Under the pieces are notes generated by a model. The model did not search any database, was not told where the DNA came from, and saw nothing but the letters and a program-made list of their open reading frames with translations. A stretch of DNA of 61,153 nucleotides from a virus. Its lineage: Duplodnaviria; Caudoviricetes. Where the stretch lies: IMG/VR virus record IMGVR_UViG_3300009788_000013, positions 1 through 61,153 of that record. One strand, written 5' to 3'. Of the stretch, positions 55,895 to 61,153 are shown one piece after another; positions within the stretch are counted from its first letter, which is position 1, and every line of letters starts with the position of its first letter. The position numbers and the translations under genes are program-made.

Positions 55895-56326
55895 CTAGTT
55901 CGTGGCTACGATTGCGCCAGTGATAGCTAGCTCGATATTGGCCTGAAGCACATTATCTGTCGGCATGTCAACGGAGTGAGAGGAGAAGAATCCATCCATC
56001 CCCATCTGTCCCATGCTGGCCGGGAATACGATCTGGCAAGTCTGTTTCACTAGAGCGATCAGATCTACCCAAATGCCAGCGGCAAACTGATGCGTAGCAT
56101 CCTCTGGATCGTAGTTGATTGGCCCACTAATCGTTCCGGGATCAAGCAATACTGCCAGCTTCTCCATCCAGTTTCCGGCTGTGCTATGAGTTGTCACATC
56201 CGGGATGGTTGCAACCGGCCCGCTTTGGGAGAAGCTCCGCAGCTGCCCCAATGTCGCAAACGAGGCCGGTGATCCAACCTCGTCTTGAAATTTCCACAGT
56301 GTTCCCTTTGCGCTACGAATTGCCAT
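55895..56326 (-). CDS. Tail tube protein
   Basis: DVTTHS...LLDPGTISG-INY-P...IVFP...LAITG. Confidence 0.8.
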   Translation of the reverse strand: MAIRSAKGTLWKFQDEVGSPASFATLGQLRSFSQSGPVATIPDVTTHSTAGNWMEKLAVLLDPGTISGPINYDPEDATHQFAAGIWVDLIALVKQTCQIVFPASMGQMGMDGFFSSHSVDMPTDNVLQANIELAITGAIVATN

Positions 56327-57167
56327 GTTGTATTCTCCAGTCTCCTAGTATTTTCTGCTCTCTCCCTGGGGAGGTAGCATTTGCCATCTGTGATCGTAGG
56401 TCACTAAGCTCGCGCTCGGTAGTAACCTTTGATCGATCGATGCGTTTAGGTTGATCGGTAACCTTCACGCTGTATTGCGTTTCTGGGCCATACGCTGGCG
56501 CGGAATTCTTCACTAGCTCGATCACCCGGATAGCCTCACGGGTACGCTCAATATTTCGTCTGAGTTGAGATGGATCTTGCCATCCGGAGTCCTGTAATAG
56601 TCTCTCAACGGATGCTTGAATTCTAAAGCAGACTGCCGACGTATCAATCAGCAAAGCCAGATTACGTGCACTGAATACTAGCCGCCATCGCTGCTGAAAA
56701 CTGTAGAGCTTCAGTAGATTCTTTGTTGCATTCCAGGCAGCGCCGCACGGTACACCGCGCTGTGCTAGCTTAGGAATCTTCTCATATTCAATCTGAATCT
56801 GACGGATGCTGTATCGTAATCGTTCTAGATCATCCTCTAGGTGATCCGACCGAGAGAACTGCTCCTGGCCCTCTCCAAGCCAATCAACGAAGGAATCAAT
56901 ATAGCCGTGTCCATTGCGTCTCTGATGTTTTGGCTCGTACCAGGGATGAGTGACACAAAAATCCTTAAGGAGTGGGAGCATTTGTGGCAGACGGGTAGAG
57001 TAGTCGATGATCCGTGCCACATTGTCAGCAGTCGGTTCGATCTTCTGTCCGGGTTGGGGTTGGAATGAATAGTTACGTGCGACGACGTTTGCCGCGTGTC
57101 GAGCTGCCGCCGTGATCCGGTAACCCCCTGCTTCCAATTGCTGCGTTGATGTCTGTTTCTCCGACAA
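56313..57167 (-). CDS. Hypothetical protein with internal duplication
   Basis: YSFQ..A-N-A--ID-S occurs twice; TTG start with SD GAGGAG inferred. Confidence 0.55.
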   Translation of the reverse strand: MSEKQTSTQQLEAGGYRITAAARHAANVVARNYSFQPQPGQKIEPTADNVARIIDYSTRLPQMLPLLKDFCVTHPWYEPKHQRRNGHGYIDSFVDWLGEGQEQFSRSDHLEDDLERLRYSIRQIQIEYEKIPKLAQRGVPCGAAWNATKNLLKLYSFQQRWRLVFSARNLALLIDTSAVCFRIQASVERLLQDSGWQDPSQLRRNIERTREAIRVIELVKNSAPAYGPETQYSVKVTDQPKRIDRSKVTTERELSDLRSQMANATSPGREQKILGDWRIQHGNS

Positions 57168-57405
57168 TGATGTTCGGCTCCTCTCCCATATCCGCTTCCG
57201 CTGTGGGACTACCATTGAATAGGTGAGTCCTCGTTGCTGCTGCTTCCGCTTCCGCTGTGTGTGTGCTCTGCATGTGCTTGAGTATGAGATTGGCGGAGTA
57301 TGAGTCGAACTCGCAGGGAGTATCAGGCCCGACCATCGCGGGGCATTTGTAGCGCAGTTGCCCACGCCATAAAAACGTTTCGAGCTGTTGAACTTCGATG
57401 GCCAA
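57073..57405 (-). CDS. C2H2-like Zn-finger protein
   Basis: YKC...CEF....ILKHMQSTH; SD GGAGG. Confidence 0.6.
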   Translation of the reverse strand: MAIEVQQLETFLWRGQLRYKCPAMVGPDTPCEFDSYSANLILKHMQSTHTAEAEAAATRTHLFNGSPTAEADMGEEPNIIVGETDINAAIGSRGLPDHGGSSTRGKRRRT

Positions 57406-57429
57406 ACCGGAACCTCCCTATCAGTTGCA

Positions 57430-57463
57430 ATTCTAGGCGAGAGATGGAGGAATCACCAAACGG
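57430..57463 (-). promoter_or_regulatory. Putative late promoter (tail operon)
   Basis: CCGTTTGGT...TCTCGCC-TAGAAT, same spacing as the portal promoter. Confidence 0.6.
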
Positions 57464-57492
57464 GGGGGGGTACAGTAGCGCGAGGATCGCCG

Positions 57493-57678
57493 CTATGGCG
57501 TTTCTGTCGTCGGGGTAGGGGAAACCGCCTTGGCAGGTGCTACGGCTTCGTCAGGGTGACGAGAGCGCATTCTCAGGCGATCTATTAATCCATTGCACTC
57601 ACAAACCGTACATGATCCGCCAGAACCGAGGTGCTTATCGACTCCGCAGCCGCAATTAAGGCATGTCTGGAATTTCAT
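57493..57678 (-). CDS. Small Cys/His protein
   Basis: CLNCGC...H....CTVCEC. Confidence 0.5.
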   Translation of the reverse strand: MKFQTCLNCGCGVDKHLGSGGSCTVCECNGLIDRLRMRSRHPDEAVAPAKAVSPTPTTETP

Positions 57679-58078
57679 GTGTAGATAACCAAGTATCGAT
57701 GATTTCGTTTTTGTGATCTCGGACTAGCTGTTGCACTCGCCGTCTAGCTAAATAATCTGGGTACCCGTGAACATATTTCAGGAATCGGATCATCGATAGC
57801 CGTGATCGCCGTAGTGCCATATCTCTACGAACCCGTTCACTCCGCTTTTCTGGTTGCGGTAGGCCTTCACCATATGGCCTAAGATAGAGCGTCCTACACT
57901 CCGTATCACAGGCCAGATCCGCTACCGAGATAATGCCGGTGGTCTCTAGTTCATGTTTCCATGAATCATCCGACTCAACCTGCATGTAATCAGGGACTGG
58001 GAAACAGATCCCTTCTCTAACTGGCCTTCCACGTGGATACCCCGGATTCACCAGCGCTCCTTTACCCAGCCGCCACAA
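57656..58078 (-). CDS. Hypothetical protein (start uncertain)
   Basis: 140-aa ORF. Confidence 0.5.
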   Translation of the reverse strand: MWRLGKGALVNPGYPRGRPVREGICFPVPDYMQVESDDSWKHELETTGIISVADLACDTECRTLYLRPYGEGLPQPEKRSERVRRDMALRRSRLSMIRFLKYVHGYPDYLARRRVQQLVRDHKNEIIDTWLSTHEIPDMP

Positions 58079-58779
58079 TCTGCTGGCTTCGGCTCACCAT
58101 GGAAGCAGACGACACGGCAATCATCGGGTGGGCCGTCCTGGGCGTGCATCTTGTAGGATTTTACCCATCGCTGAGGAAATAGATCACAGTAGAGCTTTGG
58201 TTGTCGGCTCGGATGGTACGAGCAATTATCTTGCATGAGCGAGTAGATATATGCCTGGTCACCGTGAAACTGCTTCATGAGCTGGTAGCGGTACACATTG
58301 AAGTGCTCCCAGATCCAAGTATACCTACCGGCATCCAGCACCATCACAGCTGATGCGGGCTTCCATGGTTTCTGGAAATCCGGATGCATCACAAATTGGG
58401 ATGGATAATCAACCAGATCGTCTAGTGGGCCAGTGATCACTACATCAAGATCCAAATAGAGGTATCGTGTTTGTAAATCCCGATCTGAGGAAACAGTATT
58501 GGCCGTCCCCCACGGGCACTGTTGAAACAGGGCCATCTTCTGCCACCAGCCGGAAAGTGTTGGATCAGATGTCAGGATCGAATCATCAGCGATCAGAGCC
58601 ATGCCATCAATAGCGGATATTCGATCAACACCACATCGTACTATGATGCCGTCCGGCTGATCTGTGATACAGGTAAAGCCATACGGTTGCATCAGGTTTC
58701 GCTCTACCGCTGCCGATAGCCGGTTCACGTATTCCGGCCCGTACTTGTTCCCGACCTTGACGCAAATGACATTCAGCAT
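58048..58779 (-). CDS. Glycosyltransferase (GT8-like, phage type)
   Basis: VICVKVG-KY-PEYVNRL, GWWQKMALF, YLDLDVVI, GDQ, VCFHGEPKP. Confidence 0.82.
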   Translation of the reverse strand: MLNVICVKVGNKYGPEYVNRLSAAVERNLMQPYGFTCITDQPDGIIVRCGVDRISAIDGMALIADDSILTSDPTLSGWWQKMALFQQCPWGTANTVSSDRDLQTRYLYLDLDVVITGPLDDLVDYPSQFVMHPDFQKPWKPASAVMVLDAGRYTWIWEHFNVYRYQLMKQFHGDQAYIYSLMQDNCSYHPSRQPKLYCDLFPQRWVKSYKMHAQDGPPDDCRVVCFHGEPKPADCGGWVKERW

Positions 58780-58955
58780 CAGATCAACTCCCAGCCAGCC
58801 CTTAGTAATATCCAGCAGACTTTCAATACTACCCCTGTGATCAACATTAATCCGCCCAATGAAGCGGCAATGACTACAATTGCAAAAATACAATTAAAGA
58901 AAACGACGAATGAATGCCCTTCACTGGACTTTACTTCCTGTTTAATGAGCTTCAT
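58779..58955 (-). CDS. Small membrane protein (58 aa)
   Basis: MKLIKQEV...VVFFNCIFAIVVIAASLGGLMLITGVVLKVCWILL; overlaps both neighbours. Confidence 0.6.
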   Translation of the reverse strand: MKLIKQEVKSSEGHSFVVFFNCIFAIVVIAASLGGLMLITGVVLKVCWILLRAGWELI

Positions 58956-59824
58956 GATTGACTCTTATCCCCTATCATTCCAAATAGATCCAGGCCCATA
59001 AAAGGCTCGCCCCCAAGTTCAGCTATTAGCCGGTGGATCTCTCGCTCGTGCCAAGTTTCACAGTCGTCACTGAAGTCCGCGTACTTCATCAGATGCCTAT
59101 ATGGCTCCCACCATGAGGCTGGTACAGTGTATAGGATCTTTTCCAAGCGGAACCACCAGCTATATTTCCGTCGGATCTTTTCCGCTCCCTGTTCTGGCCA
59201 CCTTACCAGCTCCATCATCTCGTAGTGCGCCTGTTTAGCTCGGAATGCCCGCTCTCGAATGAACTGCAAGTGCATGACACCAGCCGCTAGTCCAGTTGGA
59301 ACTTTACTCGGCTTTGATCCGAATGGATGCCGGTGATGGTGCTGATAGGTTCCTCTAGGCTGCCAGCTCAATCCCGATGAATCCCTAAACGCTAAACTGA
59401 ATGATGTATTCCGATGTTCACCATCAACCCGAATCTTGAATTGTGACTCCCATATATTATGCCCTGATACCTGAAGTACTTGACACGGGGTTAACTGTTC
59501 AATCACGGATCTGATACTGACTAAGAAATTACCGGTTAGGATTTCATCAGCATCCACTAGTGCAACATGAGTCGCTTTCTGTGCACGGCATTCGTCCAAT
59601 AGAAGCTGCCGGTGGTTCATCTCATCCCACGGGCCATCTCCGATTTCTATAGGCCATACGCGATCTGGATACTCGTCTAATATCTTGCCCACAATCTCAG
59701 GAGTCCTGTCCTCACAAGCATGTAGGCCAACTACGATTGAATCGCACCATATCAATGCAGCTCTAATAGTGAGTCCACAGATCCACTCCTCGTTTCGAAG
59801 GGGCATCAGAGCAACGAGTTTCAC
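58952..59824 (-). CDS. GT2-like glycosyltransferase
   Basis: ALMPLRNEE, C-DRT-EI, LVDADEIL, VMHLQF. Confidence 0.78.
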   Translation of the reverse strand: MKLVALMPLRNEEWICGLTIRAALIWCDSIVVGLHACEDRTPEIVGKILDEYPDRVWPIEIGDGPWDEMNHRQLLLDECRAQKATHVALVDADEILTGNFLVSIRSVIEQLTPCQVLQVSGHNIWESQFKIRVDGEHRNTSFSLAFRDSSGLSWQPRGTYQHHHRHPFGSKPSKVPTGLAAGVMHLQFIRERAFRAKQAHYEMMELVRWPEQGAEKIRRKYSWWFRLEKILYTVPASWWEPYRHLMKYADFSDDCETWHEREIHRLIAELGGEPFMGLDLFGMIGDKSQS

Positions 59825-60426
59825 TTCTGCCCCCTCTGCCAGATCATCGGTGCTCGATCGTCCATTGATATCATCTCGTTAACAGCTCGGACACAACCAG
59901 GTAGGCTATCGTCTACCACACAGATGCCACCTGGAACGATCCGTGGATATAGATACTTCAGCACCAGCTTTGTTGATTCATAAAGATCGCAATCGATCCG
60001 AAGGAATGCGATATCAAACTTTCCAACTTCAGGCAGTGTTGTATGAAACCATCCCGGATGATAGCTGAAATGATGATCAGGGATCTGCCACTCCTTCATG
60101 TGCCCCTTAACCTGCTCAATTGTGCAAACTGATTCCCCTTCAATTATCAAACCACTAGGACCATCTTCGGGGCTGGCTTTAGGGATACCTTGGAATGAAT
60201 CAAACAATCGGATGATGCGGCGTGGCCTCTCGTCCTTATCTATACATGCCTGTGCCATGATAGCCGGATGGACACCAGCGAAAACGCCACACTCAACAAA
60301 GCACCCAGGCACACCGAAGTCAATGCAATGACATGAGAGACTGTAAGTCATCTGTAAAGTCGGTAATTTACATAATGCACGTTCACCGACTTTCTTGATC
60401 CAATACCTCGTTGTTTTTATCTTCAT
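59821..60426 (-). CDS. TylF / MycF / NovP-family sugar O-methyltransferase
   Basis: FVECGVFAG, LFDSFQGIP, GWFHTTLP, FLRIDCDLYEST, GGICVVDD. Confidence 0.9.
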   Translation of the reverse strand: MKIKTTRYWIKKVGERALCKLPTLQMTYSLSCHCIDFGVPGCFVECGVFAGVHPAIMAQACIDKDERPRRIIRLFDSFQGIPKASPEDGPSGLIIEGESVCTIEQVKGHMKEWQIPDHHFSYHPGWFHTTLPEVGKFDIAFLRIDCDLYESTKLVLKYLYPRIVPGGICVVDDSLPGCVRAVNEMISMDDRAPMIWQRGQK

Positions 60427-60533
60427 GATAATAAATAAACAAAATCTAAAATAATAATAGTCCCACAACTAGCAACGAACAAGACCCAGAGCGCCACCAA
60501 GAGCCAGCACAACACCATGTCTAGAGTACTCAT
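60423..60533 (-). CDS. Small TM peptide (36 aa)
   Basis: MSTLDMVLCWLLVALWVLFVASCGTIIILDFVYLLS; ATGA overlaps on both sides. Confidence 0.6.
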   Translation of the reverse strand: MSTLDMVLCWLLVALWVLFVASCGTIIILDFVYLLS

Positions 60534-61066
60534 GACAGTTTCTTATAACCGAATCTCAAGAAATCGGGGCCGCTGTGCGCTTCAATGATCCTGGCCCACC
60601 GTGGATGATCTCCAATGTCAGATTCCCACCGTGGGCGTCTCTCACTATTCATACGCTCACTAGGCCAGAGGATACCGGTTGTATTAAATGGCAGTAAGAG
60701 AACTTGTTCCGCGATCGCCTCATACCTCGCAAGGAAATCAATCCGCGCCTCCGCTAGAAAGGCAGATTGACTGTATCCACCCTCATCCCAATGATCCATG
60801 ACAAGCTCCATGAACCCAGGGAAACCTATATCTCTGATCCCACGTGTCTGATCATTGCGTCGTAAATGATACCAGCAGGAGAGCATCCTATCATAAGGAT
60901 TCCGTACAACTGTGAATGTAAATTTCCGTTGATGCTCTCCTGGAACAATGCGCTCATGATCCTTCCCGACTAGCTCTCCTCCGAACTGAGGTAGGAACTT
61001 CCGCGCCATCGTAGTACCGGCTGTACGTGGAACGTGGATAAAGACAAAGCTGGGGCCGATAGTCAT
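60530..61066 (-). CDS. Sulfotransferase (Sulfotransfer_2-like)
   Basis: 5'-PSB FIHVPRTAGTT, 3'-PB VRNPYDRMLS, RYE, DFLRFGY. Confidence 0.85.
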   Translation of the reverse strand: MTIGPSFVFIHVPRTAGTTMARKFLPQFGGELVGKDHERIVPGEHQRKFTFTVVRNPYDRMLSCWYHLRRNDQTRGIRDIGFPGFMELVMDHWDEGGYSQSAFLAEARIDFLARYEAIAEQVLLLPFNTTGILWPSERMNSERRPRWESDIGDHPRWARIIEAHSGPDFLRFGYKKLS

Positions 61067-61153
61067 TTCCCTACGCATCCGATATTTCGAGAGTTAATTT
61101 TGTCATAGTAGATGCACCTCTATGTTATTCCGCCATGAAGAGAATGGGCTCCG
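61031..61153. repeat. Terminal direct repeat, copy 2
   Basis: Identical to 1-123. Confidence 0.97.

Noticed and set aside
214-60331. Numerous plus-strand ORFs in the track (e.g. 32594-33310, 33548-34348, 50655-51266)
   Set aside because: All are antisense shadows of well-supported minus-strand genes and show no recognisable motifs
1-61153. Alternative genetic code
   Set aside because: Long genes are intact in code 11, and TAA, TAG and TGA all terminate tightly packed genes

Overview
A complete, circularly assembled tailed-phage (siphovirus-like) genome of about 61,030 bp: positions 1-123 repeat exactly at 61031-61153. Essentially all genes are on the minus strand. Modules, in transcription order: tail (tube, G/GT chaperones, 1771-aa tape measure, tip and fibre proteins); recombination and replication (PD-(D/E)XK exonuclease, frameshifted RecT, RuvC-like, initiator, DnaB, SNF2 helicases); DNA modification (helicase plus amino-methyltransferase, Mom-like GNAT); terminases; an early/anti-defence island (ArdC); portal; a block of decoration-like proteins; head and neck; and a ~9 kb glycan-tailoring operon spanning the contig ends (five glycosyltransferase-like genes, FkbM and TylF methyltransferases, a sulfotransferase, a transaldolase). 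I recognised no integrase, endolysin, CRISPR array or reverse transcriptase. The most striking signals are RNA and cis-level. (1) A 76-nt tRNA-Gly(UCC)-like cloverleaf with encoded CCA forms the first 26 codons of the Mom-like gene and pairs back onto its start codon. (2) A type I hammerhead ribozyme sits in the early island. (3) A kissing-loop leader hides the SD of the replication initiator. (4) There are two conserved promoter classes, with a shared operator, a downstream box and a degenerate upstream element. All protein calls come from motif recognition by eye; no database searches were run.
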